A DNA stretch of 63,897 bases, the filler included, from Chiloscyllium plagiosum (lineage: Eukaryota), in the NCBI RefSeq assembly GCF_004010195.1. It is 5 parts of one record of this genome, joined end to end, with 100 filler letters (N's around TTAATTAATTAA, not from the genome) between each part and the next. Parts side by side here need not be neighbours in the genome. Positions count along the whole stretch, not along the records: positions 1 to 29,156 come from NC_057717.1; positions 29,257 to 39,821 come from NC_057717.1; 3 more parts are not named here. One strand, given 5' to 3'. Made by a program: the position numbers and the translations under genes. The notes under the pieces were generated by a model. It had not been told where the DNA came from, made no database searches, and saw only the letters and a program-made list of their open reading frames with translations. Positions 24,353-36,237 of this stretch are shown here, piece after piece (the stretch's first letter is position 1; each line of letters opens with the position of its first letter).

Positions 24353-26844
24353 AACCTATCTATCTCTGATTTAAATACACTGAATTACTTAGCCTCCACA
24401 GTCCCCTGTAGGCAGTGAGTTCCACAGATTCGTCACCCTCTGGGTGAATAAATTGTTCCACATCTCCATTCTAAAAGTTCATTCCTTCACTCTGATGCTG
24501 TATCTTTGGTCCTGAGTCCCTCCTAATCATGGAACCATCTTCCCCACGTCCACTCTATCCAGGTCCCTCAGTATTCTGTAAGTTTGAATCAGATTCTGCC
24601 ACCGTCCCCTAAATTTCTTCGAGTGCAGACCCAGAATCTTCAACTGCTCCTCACATGATAAGCATTTCATCCGTGGGATCTTTCTGGGAAAACTGTTTCC
24701 CATACCCCCTCACATCTTTTATCCAGACTGTTAATGTATAGCATGTACAGTGTGGTCCGAACACTGTCCCCTGTGGAGCTCCACTGCTCACTAGCTGACT
24801 CCTTTATACCCACCATCTGTCTTCTGACGGTGCCAAGCATGTTGTTATGAAAGCGAAATGTCATTTCACAAACGCTGCTGGATTTCTTTTTCTGTCTGGC
24901 TGTAAAGAGAAGATTAGATAAAAGGGAGGAATGGTTTATTATGAGCTTCAGAAACCTTTCAACACTTTCCCTCCAATCACACATGTGCAATATTGCTTAT
25001 CCACCTCTTCAGTGGGAATGTATAGGCATGGATTGGGAATTCTTTAACAGACAGAAAACTAAATGGGAATAAATGGATTAGTGCTAGACCTCCAACTAAT
25101 CTCAAATGGATTTGATGCATTTGATGGACGGAAAAAAATCTAATCTTCCACATTTGTTGGTGACACAAAATTAACAGGCAAAGTTGCTTGTATGGAGGAA
25201 GCAAAGGGGACGTGAACAGTCAGTGAATTTCCCTTTTTAATTCAATGATGGGATATGGCCATCAGTCACTCGGCCATCATTTCTTTCCCATCTGGTACTA
25301 CCTGGGGAAGGTGGTGATGAGCTGCCTTCCTGACCCACTGTAATCCTTTGGGTGTAGGGACAGACTAAGTGTTGGGAGGATAGCGTGTGGCTTGGAGGGC
25401 GCCTTGGAAATGATGGTGTTCCCGCGTACCTGGAACTCCTGTTCTTCCAGGGTATAGTGGTTCCAGGTTTTTGAAGTGCTTTTGAAAGAGCCTTCCTAAG
25501 TGACCTCAGTGCTGCTCATTGATTTTCTTAACAACTTCTTCATACATTCATTCATTCATGGACATGAGCATTGTTGGCTAAGCCAGCATTTATTGTTGAT
25601 TTTGCGTTGTCCCTGAGAAGATGGTAGTGAGCTGCCTTCTTGAGAGATTGCACTAGCCCTAGCAACCGTTGTTATCTGTGTACCCTCCAGCAGGCGCTAT
25701 AACATTCCTCATGTCTGTAACTACACACAGACAATGCAGCTTTGCATTTATACGTGACATACTCCTCTACCTACAACTATTACAATTGCTCACAATATTT
25801 CACCTCCTCCATTCCTGTCTGTGCCGTTGATCATTCAAATTGTTTTCATTCATATTTAAACTTCTGATCACCCTTAAACTCTTCCTTTTTTTCAATTTGT
25901 AACATCTCAGTGTCTGTATCCTTCCATATCACTGTAACCAATGACCACACAGATTCCCTTCCTTACAGCCACTATTATTCATAGAGATTTATGTGTTAAA
26001 TTCACACTTTTCACCCTGCTTATCAGTCTCACCTTGTCTAGCACCTACAAACCAACCATTTTGGAATGCTCCCATTCTGTATACCTCCTCATGTCCTGCA
26101 GATCCTTGAACACCTTCCGTACTCCAAAGATCTATATTCCAACCCCCCCCCCCCGGAGTTATTGCAATTCTTCTAACTCTGTAGCATTCAACAGTCTCCA
26201 GTAACTTAGAACACTACCAGGCTGATAATCTGCATTTCTTGAAGTCTTTCTATCTCTGTCAGCAGCTCACAAAAAGCCCTTTAGCCTCGCACAAAGCTCC
26301 ATCAACAACAAACCACCATCTCTCTATTTCCTTTGCTTTATTCANNNNNNNNNNNNNNNNNNNNNNNNNNNNNNNNNNNNNNNNNNNNNNNNNNNNNNNN
26401 NNNNNNNNNNNNNNNNNNNNNNNNNNNNNNNNNNNNNNNNNNNNNNNNNNNNNNNNNNNNNNNNNNNNNNNNNNNNNNNNNNNNNNNNNNNNNNNNNNNN
26501 NNNNNNNNNNNNNNNNNNNNNNNNNNNNNNNNNNNNNNNNNNNNNNNNNNNNNNNNNNNNNNNNNNNNNNNNNNNNNNNNNNNNNNNNNNNNNNNNNNNN
26601 NNNNNNNNNNNNNNNNNNNNNNNNNNNNNNNNNNNNNNNNNNNNNNNNNNNNNNNNNNNNNNNNNNNNNNNNNNNNNNNNNNNNNNNNNNNNNNNNNNNN
26701 NNNNNNNNNNNNNNNNNNNNNNNNNNNNNNNNNNNNNNNNNNNNNNNNNNNNNNNNNNNNNNNNNNNNNNNNNNNNNNNNNNNNNNNNNNNNNNNNNNNN
26801 NNNNNNNNNNNNNNNNNNNNNNNNNNNNNNNNNNNNNNNNNNNN

Positions 26845-27512
26845 TGTACTGGGTCTTTTAAGTTTGTTAGATTTTGTTGGTCGGATTCCGAGGGGTCTTA
26901 GTAGTCTGGCTGCCACTTCTGAGACTTCATTGATGTATGGAAATGTCGATAGGGTTTCTGGCTGTGTTAGGTCTCCTTGTCGTGGATTTTTCCTGAGGAA
27001 TCTGTGGACTGTATATTTTAAGTATCCATTCTTCTTGAATACGTTTTATAGGTGTTTCTCCTCCGTTTTCCGAAGTTCGTCTGTGCTGAAAGGTGTGGTG
27101 GTTCGTTGGAATAGTGTTCTGATACCGCTTCCTTTTTGCGTGTAGGGATGGTTTCTGGTGTAGTTAGGTATTTGGTCAGTGTTTGTCGGTTTGCTGTATA
27201 TGCAGACAACCAGAGAATTCCGAGAGGCGTCGCACTCCAATCACAACGCCATAAACAAAAGCATAGATCGATATACCATCTGTCAACCCCTCAGAAAACG
27301 AATACGAAATGACATCACCACAAACCCCAGGAACCCCATCCAGGACAAACATATAAATAGAAAGCAGGAGACAACATATTCGCTTCTCTTGAAGGTCGCC
27401 ACTGATGATGTTACCTAGCCAGGTAATGAAATGTCTGGATAAAAAAAATGTATATCTCAGCGAGCAAACCTACACCCTAACCATCAACCGGAGCTATAAA
27501 CGTTCACAAACC
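26845..27512. mobile_element. Penelope-like element (second family) with an internal inversion
   Basis: Minus ~26845-27200: KPTNTDQIPNYTRNHP...IRTLFQR...ELRKTEEKHL and TFPYINEVSEVAARLLRPLGI (PLE thumb/linker). Plus ~27200-27512: TREFREASHSNHNAINKSID (GIY-YIG C-terminus), then the terminal repeat. Confidence 0.85.
27402..27435 (+). ncRNA. Minimal hammerhead ribozyme core in a PLE terminal repeat
   Basis: CTGATGA-t-gttacct-agcc-aggtaat-GAAA-tgTC: both conserved boxes with a 7-bp stem II. Confidence 0.65.
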
Positions 27513-27514
27513 TT

Positions 27515-28920
27515 GGGACTACTAAGCCTCTCAGGGATGCTCCATTTCGGAATTATTTCAGTTAGGAAAGCTTTGGTTACGGCACTGGCATTCTGTTTTG
27601 CCGTGGGGAACGCTTGCACCCATTTGGAAAACATATCAACTATTACCAGACAATATATTTTTCCTTCGCAGGGTGTTAGTTCGGGAAAATCCAGTTGTAA
27701 ATGTTCAAATTGTTTTTGGGGTTTCGGAAGTGTTACATGACTCATCTGTATTCCCCTCCCCACATTATTGTGGCACAGATAACACATCGTTCACAATATT
27801 TCTGGAAGTAATGAGTAAATCCCTCAGTGTACCACTGTGCTGAAATGCTGTCATATCTCTCCTCTTTTGACACATGTTCCTTACCGTGTGTCAGTTTGGC
27901 ATAGAATGGAAATAATGATCGTGGTAGAAAAGGTTTAACATTGGGGCCACACCATACCCCTTACCTCAAACTGCACTCTGCTTTTTCCCACTCAATAGTG
28001 TCTTCAAGCCTGGACTTCAACTGTGACTCCCGTACGTCTGCTGCTTGGGTAAGGATTTTTGTCATTCCCATGTCAAACTGATCATTTACCGGCTGCTGGG
28101 CTGCCGTTCTTGTCGCTGAGTCTGCTATTGCATTTCCTTGAGAAACGGAATCGTTATTTTGCCTGTGGGGATCATATTTACACACAGCGATTGATTTAGG
28201 CAATGCGACCGCTTCCAAGAGGTCAGAAACCTGATCACGGTGTGAGATGGGCTTTCCGCTGATGGTCAAGAAGTCCCTGTACTTCCGCAGGGTTCCAACA
28301 TCATGTGCAACTCTGAATGCGTATCTGCTATCGGTTAAATATTCGCTGTGTTTCCCTTAGCCAATTTACATGCCTCAGTCAAGGCAATCAGCTCCGATGC
28401 TTGCGCTGACAGTTGACAAGCGAGTGATCCCGCTTTGAATACCTCATGGGTAGTTACTACAGCATGCCCAATAAAATTCTGGCCGATCTCCTTGCTCCTG
28501 AATGCTGACCCATCCACAAAGAAAAACGCCATATTTAGATTCTGAAGTGGTGAATTCTGCAAGTCTTGTCAAGGCAGCACATTTCATTAATTACAGCGAT
28601 ACAATCATGTGGGTCTCCGTCTCCTTCTTTCGTGAGAGGATTAGCAGCATTAAGGACGTTACATCGTTTTATTGCAATGTTAGGCTTCTCCAATAACACA
28701 GTTTTGTATCTGAGTCAACGTGTTGCCGACGTATGTGCTGTCCTTTGCTCGGAAAGCAGTCAGGATACTGCATGTGCGATCAGTTTGGTTAAGTCGCCAG
28801 AGCCGATTATATCCCTGGCCACTGCAACAACCTTTTCAGCTGCAACCACAGCTCGTAGGCATTTACATAATCCTGCCGCTACGAGGTCTAGTTTAGCCGA
28901 AACATAAGCTGCCAGCCTGA
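27515..28920 (-). mobile_element. pol: Decayed class I (epsilon/gamma-like) endogenous retrovirus pol: tether, RNase H, integrase N-terminus and core
   Basis: AYVSAKLDLVAAGLCKCLRAVVAA (tether); FFVDGSA...LSAQASELIALTEACKLAKGNTANI..DSRYAF.VAHD (RNase H); GNAIADSATRTAA; HLQLDFPEL...YCLVIVDMFSKWVQAFPT...EIIPKWSIPE (integrase). Multiple stops and frameshifts. Confidence 0.92.
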
Positions 28921-29156
28921 ATTTTCCCCCAACAACACAGATGTCAGGCAGCCATGTTTCTCATCTACCGTTTGACCGAAGGCTTGTTTGGATTCGGAAT
29001 CCCCTGTGTGGGTGGACTTTCAAACTTTTTCAATTCAACTCGGCCGCTGGGATCCATTGCAACGGACCTTGGTTCTGCTACCCTTTTCCATGGGCCATGT
29101 CACTTCAGGGCGCCTCAAGATTTGTGTAATGTGGGATAAACGTTCTTCAGTAGGAG

Positions 29157-29256
29157 NNNNNNNNNNNNNNNNNNNNNNNNNNNNNNNNNNNNNNNNNNNN
29201 TTAATTAATTAANNNNNNNNNNNNNNNNNNNNNNNNNNNNNNNNNNNNNNNNNNNN
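29157..29256. other. Artificial scaffold-joining spacer N44-TTAATTAATTAA-N44 (also 39822-39921, 48222-48321, 61311-61410)
   Basis: An identical 100-bp construct occurs four times. The 12-mer is palindromic and gives stops in all six frames. Confidence 0.97.
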
Positions 29257-29734
29257 GACATGTGACTCACTTATTGTCGGTAAATCAAACACTTCTCACT
29301 TTGAGGTGTACAAAAATTAGTTTCTATACATATTCAGGGAAGGTCAAAGACGATCTGAGATGTCAAAAAGGTGGTCACTGTTCGTGATTGCTCTTTGTTC
29401 GAGTTGTGAAAAGGTTTCCCGCTTTAGTCGCATTCACGTTTCTTATTGATGACTGAATCAGACAGAAGTTGTTTCACCAGAGCTGCACTTGACTTGCATT
29501 CCTCTCCCTCGCTGTCATACTTTCCTGGAACTCTGTGAGAACAAGAAAACAAAATACATACTGTGTCATTCGGCAGCCTGTCTGTGATTTCCTCATTTTC
29601 AGTTACAACATGGCTTAGACGTCAGGCCACACGGTAATATGAGTAACAGTATGAGAACAAGAGTCGATAGTTCATCTGTGCCTGTAAATCTTTTCATTCC
29701 TGTTGTTGACGGAATGAACTGTATCCGTGTCTCC

Positions 29735-30320
29735 TCATTCCTCCCAATCACAAAGAACATAATTCACATCTTTCACTTTTGTTATTTCTTCAAAACATTA
29801 CAATCTATTTAACAAATGTCCCGGCATTTAAGATTCAACCCGAATATTTTCACATGAAGTGATTTCCAGTCACTCTGTCATACAGTAAATCAGACGGAAA
29901 ATTACCTTAGGAAACCTAATCATTTCTGTTTACAATATTGGGAATTTCCCATCTGCTGACAAGACAGAGTCCTCACAATCAACATTTTCTTTGTTCTTCC
30001 TGCCTAAAACGTTTACCACTTCTTATTTTCAAGACAGGAGTTTTGTTTATAACACGTTCCAAGAACAGGAACAACGTTCCAATCTCCTGAAGCCGTTTCC
30101 AATTAAAAATGGACGTTTTGCTCCTTTCCCACGGGAAGAGCAGTTAATGAGGAAGGAGTTTCCACGAACTGTGTCCCAGGGTTTGGCAGGAAGCCGCTAA
30201 TTGCAGCTGCAGTGGCCGCTTTCAGTTGGCATCGGGGGATTGGAGAACACGGTGTCATATTCTACTGCGTGTAAACGTCGTGCTCCCTGTGGACTCGGGG
30301 TGAATCATGGATGACTTTTC
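29735..30320 (+). repeat. Direct repeat copy A (~590 bp); copy B at ~31357-31965
   Basis: Collinear matches from tcattcctcc(c/t)aatcacaaa through cc(c)tgtggact(c/t)ggggtgaatcatggat. Confidence 0.9.
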
Positions 30321-31213
30321 GGAACAACACTGCCTTCCAGTCTCTGGCCATCTGCAATCTAAGGAAATAGAAACAGAGTTATTTGTTGAGTTCGAAGTCC
30401 TGGGCAATGTGAAAGATAGAACAGTTCTGATACAAAATTGGAGACTGGGAAAATGGTTGGAGACGAAGTAATAAAAGAGAAGCTGAATATAAAGTTGGAA
30501 GTCAGGAGACATTCAATAAAAAGGAAGAGTGTGCAAAATCAGGTGGAGATGGACATGGAAAAGAAGTGTCACTAGTCCCGAAGTCTTAAATCGATTTTTA
30601 TTTCCAATATGCCACCAGACCTGCTGAGATTTTCCAGTAATTTCATTTGTTGGTTTAGAAACAGAAGATGGCATTGATCCTGGACCAAACATCTCTCCCG
30701 TGCTCTGGGGATATTTGACATACTGTGTCTATGTCCCACACTGAAACCTCACGGTCCTGCCGCATCTTCACCCTCGTTACTGACAATATACTGTTCATTA
30801 CGTTAAACACAAGAAGAACAATTGCAAAACGTTGAGGGAGAGTTCCCTTCTGTTACCATCAGAACAATCTGAATCACTGAAAATTGGTTCAGGACATGTG
30901 ACATTGATCCGTCTCTGTCAGACCCCTAGCAAGTGGCCATTCGCTTTCCGTGCCTTTGAACACTTTGGGTGGTGCACGGTTGGTTTGGAACCTCACGTTT
31001 TGAAACGGACATCATTCATTGTATTTTCGGCTGCACTGATAAAGTTGTCTCTGGCGCCTCCAGTAAAATGGAAACAGTGTTCACTCAGAAACCGAGGTGT
31101 AATCAAAAGCAGGCGGACAGACGTGTCAATGAAAGCAGCAAGAACATTCCCCTGCGAAGGGTTGCAATACTGCACGTGGAACGAAGAGCCGGAATTGTAT
31201 TAAGCAATGAAAG

Positions 31214-31286
31214 CGCCCATTGTGAGGCTTGCACCCACTACCCTCAGATTAAGCATCTCACACTGCACCGACTGAGCTAACCAAGC
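31214..31286 (-). pseudogene. tRNA-Lys(CTT) pseudogene
   Basis: Reverse complement GCTTGGTTAGCTCAGTCGGTGCAGTGTGAGATGCTTAATCTGAGGGTAGTGGGTGCAAGCCTCACAATGGGCG (73 nt) aligns without gaps to vertebrate tRNA-Lys-CTT. CTT is retained, but the T-loop and stems are mutated. Confidence 0.85.
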
Positions 31287-32024
31287 ACGGTGCACTGTGG
31301 ATTAGTTTGCTATTACATTGCGAGCATAATTCATCAGCAATTTTTTAGGATCCAGTTCATTCCTCCTAATCACAAAAATATCATTCACACCTTTCACTTC
31401 AGTTATTCCTTCAAAGCATTACAATCGATTCAGCACTTGTCCCGGGATTTAAGGTTCTTCCTTAATAATTTTACCCGTAATATTTTTACCCTCACTTTTA
31501 TATCGCTGATGTGATTTCCAATCACTCTGACAGACAGTAAATCAGTCGGGAAATTACCTGAGGAAACCCAATCATTCCCGTTTACAGTGTTGGGCATTTC
31601 CCATCTGCTGACGAGACAGAGTCGTCTCAATCAACACTTTCTTTGTTCTTTGTACCTAAAACCTTTACCACTTCTTATTTTCAAGTCAGGAGTTTTATTT
31701 AAAACATGTTCCAAGGACTGGAGCCCTTGTCCTGAATCCCTTTCCAATTTAAAGTGAAAGTTTAGCTCCTTTCACACGGAAAGAGCTGTTACTATGGATA
31801 GAGTTCCCACGAGTTGTTTCCCATGGCTTGGCAGAAAGTCGCTGGTTGAAGCTGCAGTCGCCGCTTTCTCTTGGCATCGGGAGCTTGGAGAAAGTGATGT
31901 CGTATTCTGCTGCGTGTAAACGTCTCACTCCCTGTGGACTTGGGGTGAATCATGGATTAGTTTTCCCAGTTACAATGTCAGTACATGGTCGGGGTAAATG
32001 GTTGTGCTGAAATATTTGAGGCGT

Positions 32025-32091
32025 ATTCCTTGGGTGGGCTCGAACCACTAACATTTCAGCCAACTGCGCTGGCCATTTGAGATACAGAAAC
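32025..32091 (-). pseudogene. tRNA-Asn pseudogene with the anticodon loop deleted
   Basis: Reverse complement GTTTCTGTATCTCAAATGGCCAGCGCAGTTGGCTGAAATGTTAGTGGTTCGAGCCCACCCAAGGAAT. The 3' half GGTTCGAGCCCACCCA matches vertebrate tRNA-Asn-GTT; ~7 nt are missing at the anticodon. Confidence 0.8.
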
Positions 32092-32291
32092 TGGCAACGC
32101 AGATATCCAAAAGCAAAGTTATCGACGGGATATGAGGATACGTCGGACAGCAGGAACTTGCGTTGTTTTCAGAGACGGCCGCTGATTTTATCACCGAGAG
32201 GGTAAGCAGACTGAGGAGCTGCAAACACTCAAATTAAAAGGCATCCACACATGCGCAGTTCTCTCACATACATCTCCCCATAGGAGCTCAC

Positions 32292-32375
32292 TTACGATCC
32301 TGGTATTTGAAGCCACGATTCGATAGAAACTGAAGCTTAAAAATCCAGCATATTAGACCGCTCGACCACGCTACC
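32292..32375 (-). pseudogene. tRNA-Leu (AAG/TAG family) pseudogene
   Basis: Reverse complement starts GGTAGCGTGGTCGAGCGGTCTAATATGCTGGATT...GCTTCAGTTTCT...CGTGGCTTCAAATACCA. It matches tRNA-Leu GGTAGCGTGGCCGAGCGGTCTAAGGCGCTGGATT, including a long variable arm. Confidence 0.85.
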
Positions 32376-32477
32376 ACACACTCAGATTTGTTATGACTAG
32401 TGTTTCAGCATCGATTCACTTCAGGCACTTAGACCTTGCAAATTTTGTAACGAAATTGGCGTAATTTAAGAAGAAAG

Positions 32478-35457
32478 ACCAAAGAAAATGTACAGGCAAG
32501 GAACAGGCCCTTCATCCATTCAAGCCTGAGCCGATCCAAATCTACTGTTTAAATCTGTCACCCAATTCCTAAGCACCTGTACCCCTCTGCTCCCCACCTA
32601 CTCATGCATCTGTCCAGACGCATCTTAAATGTATCTACCGTGATTACCCCTCCCGTCTCTGCTGGGAACGCTTTCCAGACACCCACCACCCGCTGTGTCA
32701 AGTAGTTGCCGCGTGTATCCCTCTTAAACTTTTCACCTCTCACCTTGAAAGCGTGACCTCTCGGTATTTAATCCTTCAACTGGGAAATAAAACTTTTCTC
32801 TATCTACCCTGTCTGTACCCTTCATGATTTTGTAAACCTCAAAATCGTCCCCCTCAAACCCCTTTTTTCTAATGAAAACAAACCTAACCTACGCAACCTC
32901 TCTTCCTAGATTGCACCTTCCATACGAGGCAACATCTGCTTAAACCTTTTACGCGCCGTCTCCAAAGCTTCCATATCCTTTTGGTAATGTGGCGACCAGA
33001 AATTTACACAGTATTCTAAGTGTGGCCAAACCAATGTATTGTTCAATTTTATCATGACTTGCCAGCCATTCTATTCAATACCCCATCCAAATTAGCCAAG
33101 CATACTATATGCCTGCTTGACCTGTGCAGCAACCTTCAGTGTATAATGGACCTGTACTCATAGATCTCTCTGTCCATCAACTTTTTTTTCCCCAAAGCTC
33201 TTCCGTTCATTGTATAACCCCATCTAGAATTAGAGTAACCGAAATGAGGCACCTCACATTTGTCTGTTTTGAACTCCAGCTGCCACTTTTCCGCCCAATT
33301 TCCAGCATATCTCTATCCTCCTGTATTCTTTAACAGTCACTAATACTTTCTGCTCGTCCAGAAATCTTCGTGTTATCTGCAAACTTCCTGATCATTCCAA
33401 CAGTGCTCTCTTCCAGATCATTTATGTATATCACAAACAACAGTGGCCACAACACTGACCCCTGTGGAGCACTACTGCTCATCTTTCTCCATTTCCCGAA
33501 ACTCAATTCAACTGCCACTCTCTGTCTCCTATTGCTCAACTAATTCTTTATCCACCTGTCTAGAACACCCTGCACACCAAGTTACTTTACGTTCTGTATT
33601 TGGTTACCTTATCTAACTCCTTACTGTAATGCATGTATGTGACATCAACAGCCTTTCCTTCATCTATCAACTTGGGCACTTCCCCGAAAAACTCTATGCC
33701 TCTCATTGATATGCGCATTCTTTTCTAAATATGAATAATCCTATCCCTCAGTACCTTCTCCAGCAACTTTCCCAACACTGATGTTAGGCCCATTGTTCTG
33801 TAGTTATCCGGAATATCCCTACTATCCTTCTTGTACAGGGGACATTATGAGCAACGTTCCAGTCAGCCAGAAACTCACCTGAGCTGAAAGATGCCACGAA
33901 GATATCTGTCAGGGCCCCAAATATTTCCTCTCTCGCCTCACTCAGGAACCAGGGATAGATCCCATCCGTTCCTGGGGATTTGTCCACATTAATTACCACT
34001 AGCCTGCCCAACACAGCTTCCCTACTTATGTCAACATGATCCAGATAAATCAAATGTCTAACTCTAGACTCAAAATTCATCATGTTGCTCTCCTCATTGA
34101 ACACTGATGCAAAATAATCATTCAGAATCATACCCACTCTCTCAGATTCGACATCCAGCCTTCCTTCATTTTCCTTTAGTGGACCAATCCTTTCTCTAGT
34201 TACCCGCTTGCTTCTTATATATGAATAATAGGCTTTGGGATTCTCCTCAATTGTGCTAGCGTGAAGTTGTTTAATGACCCCTTTTAACCCCCTTGATTAC
34301 TCGTTTAAGACTTGTCCTACTCTTCTCATGTTCCTCCAGGGACCATTATGTTCTTAGCTGCCGAGGCGTTATGTATGCTTCCCTTTTCCTCTTGGCGAGT
34401 CGTATAATTGTCCTGTCATCAACAGTTCACGAATATTGCCTTTCAAATCCTTTGCCTTCAACGGGACATGCCTTTTCAGCACTATATTTAACCTATCTTT
34501 AAAAGCCTGCCACATATGAACTGTGGACTTTCCTACAAATAGCTGTGTCCAATCCACATTTCCGACCTCCTACATAATTTTGATATAATTAAGTTTGGCC
34601 CAGTTTAGTACTCTTTCCTCAGGACCACACTCATCTTTGTCAATGAGTATTCTAAAACTTACAGAATATTGGACACTTCCCAAATAAATCACCCACAGCA
34701 ACTGCGAACACCAGCCCTGGCTTATTCCCCAATATCAGTTCCAATATGGCCTATTCCCTCGTCGGACTATTGGTATACCGCTCCAGAAAACTCACCTGGA
34801 GGCTTCTTACAAATGGTATCCCATCCAGACCTCTGACGCTAAGAGTATCCCAGTCAATGTTGGGAAAACAGAAATCTCCAATCAACACTAAATTATTGCT
34901 CTGTTTAACTATTTTTTTCTTACACCTCACGCTCACTGTAATACAGCCCCAAAAATCTAACCTCATCCTTCTTATTTCACTGCTCCATCCGTAGTGTCTC
35001 ACGACCCAAGCCCGACATGGTGTCCTCCTTTCGCACAGCCATGATATCATCCCTGACCACCAATGCAACTCCTTCCCCTTTTACTTCCCTCCCTGTCCCG
35101 TCTGAAGCGTCTATATCCTAGAACAATTGGTTGCCAACCATGCCCTTCCTTCAACTAAATCTCTGTGATCGCAATAACGTCATATTCCCAGGCACCAACC
35201 TATGCCCTAAGTTCATCTGTCTATACTCCATGCATTAAAGTAGATGCATTTCAGGCCACCAGTTCTTTTGCATTCATCTGCTCTCTGCCTACTCTTCCCT
35301 TTTTTAATGTTATTTTCCAGATTCTGAGCGTTTCCAGTTTCCACCTCACTGCCGACTTGTTTAATCTTGTGGTTCCCAGCGCCCTGCCACATTAGTATAA
35401 AACGTCCCCAACAGCAGTAGCAAAACCTCCCGAAAGGACATTCGTTCCCGTCTGGTT
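32478..35457 (-). mobile_element. Long decayed CR1: end of ORF1, APE, RT and 3'UTR, with internal deletions
   Basis: NQTGTNVLSGGFATAVG (ORF1 end); GLKCIYFNAWSI; LVLIGDFCFPNIDW; VDKSPGTDGIYP; PQGSVLWPLLFVIYINDLE...RKFADNTKI; CR1 3' tail near 32480. Confidence 0.93.
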
Positions 35458-36237
35458 NNNNNNNNNNNNNNNNNNNNNNNNNNNNNNNNNNNNNNNNNNN
35501 NNNNNNNNNNNNNNNNNNNNNNNNNNNNNNNNNNNNNNNNNNNNNNNNNNNNNNNNNNNNNNNNNNNNNNNNNNNNNNNNNNNNNNNNNNNNNNNNNNNN
35601 NNNNNNNNNNNNNNNNNNNNNNNNNNNNNNNNNNNNNNNNNNNNNNNNNNNNNNNNNNNNNNNNNNNNNNNNNNNNNNNNNNNNNNNNNNNNNNNNNNNN
35701 NNNNNNNNNNNNNNNNNNNNNNNNNNNNNNNNNNNNNNNNNNNNNNNNNNNNNNNNNNNNNNNNNNNNNNNNNNNNNNNNNNNNNNNNNNNNNNNNNNNN
35801 NNNNNNNNNNNNNNNNNNNNNNNNNNNNNNNNNNNNNNNNNNNNNNNNNNNNNNNNNNNNNNNNNNNNNNNNNNNNNNNNNNNNNNNNNNNNNNNNNNNN
35901 NNNNNNNNNNNNNNNNNNNNNNNNNNNNNNNNNNNNNNNNNNNNNNNNNNNNNNNNNTCACATTGCATCTGGAACAGACAGTTTACATTTCATTTAAAAT
36001 ATGAAAATATTAGAGTCTAGGTTAATGCCCACAAATATTTTTGAGGGGCTCTGGCGTGGTCCATCACACTAGACTCCTTCTCTTCCTGAGTAATAGGCTG
36101 GACGCACTGAATGGGCTGTCCCTGTTCTTCTCCAATAGTGTCAATGGGCTGAATGATTTCCTCATATTCCTGTGAAACCAGCGTGAGCTGCTGAATGAAC
36201 TCATGTTTTACTGTGGCAATGTGCAGTGTCAGGCAGT

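Noticed and set aside
29201..29212. TTAATTAATTAA as a biological palindrome or piggyBac site
   Set aside because: It is centred in identical N padding four times, so it is an artificial spacer.
30965..31040. Possible fourth tRNA relic (minus-strand GGTTCCAAACC, B-box-like)
   Set aside because: I could not align it to any tRNA or fold a cloverleaf.
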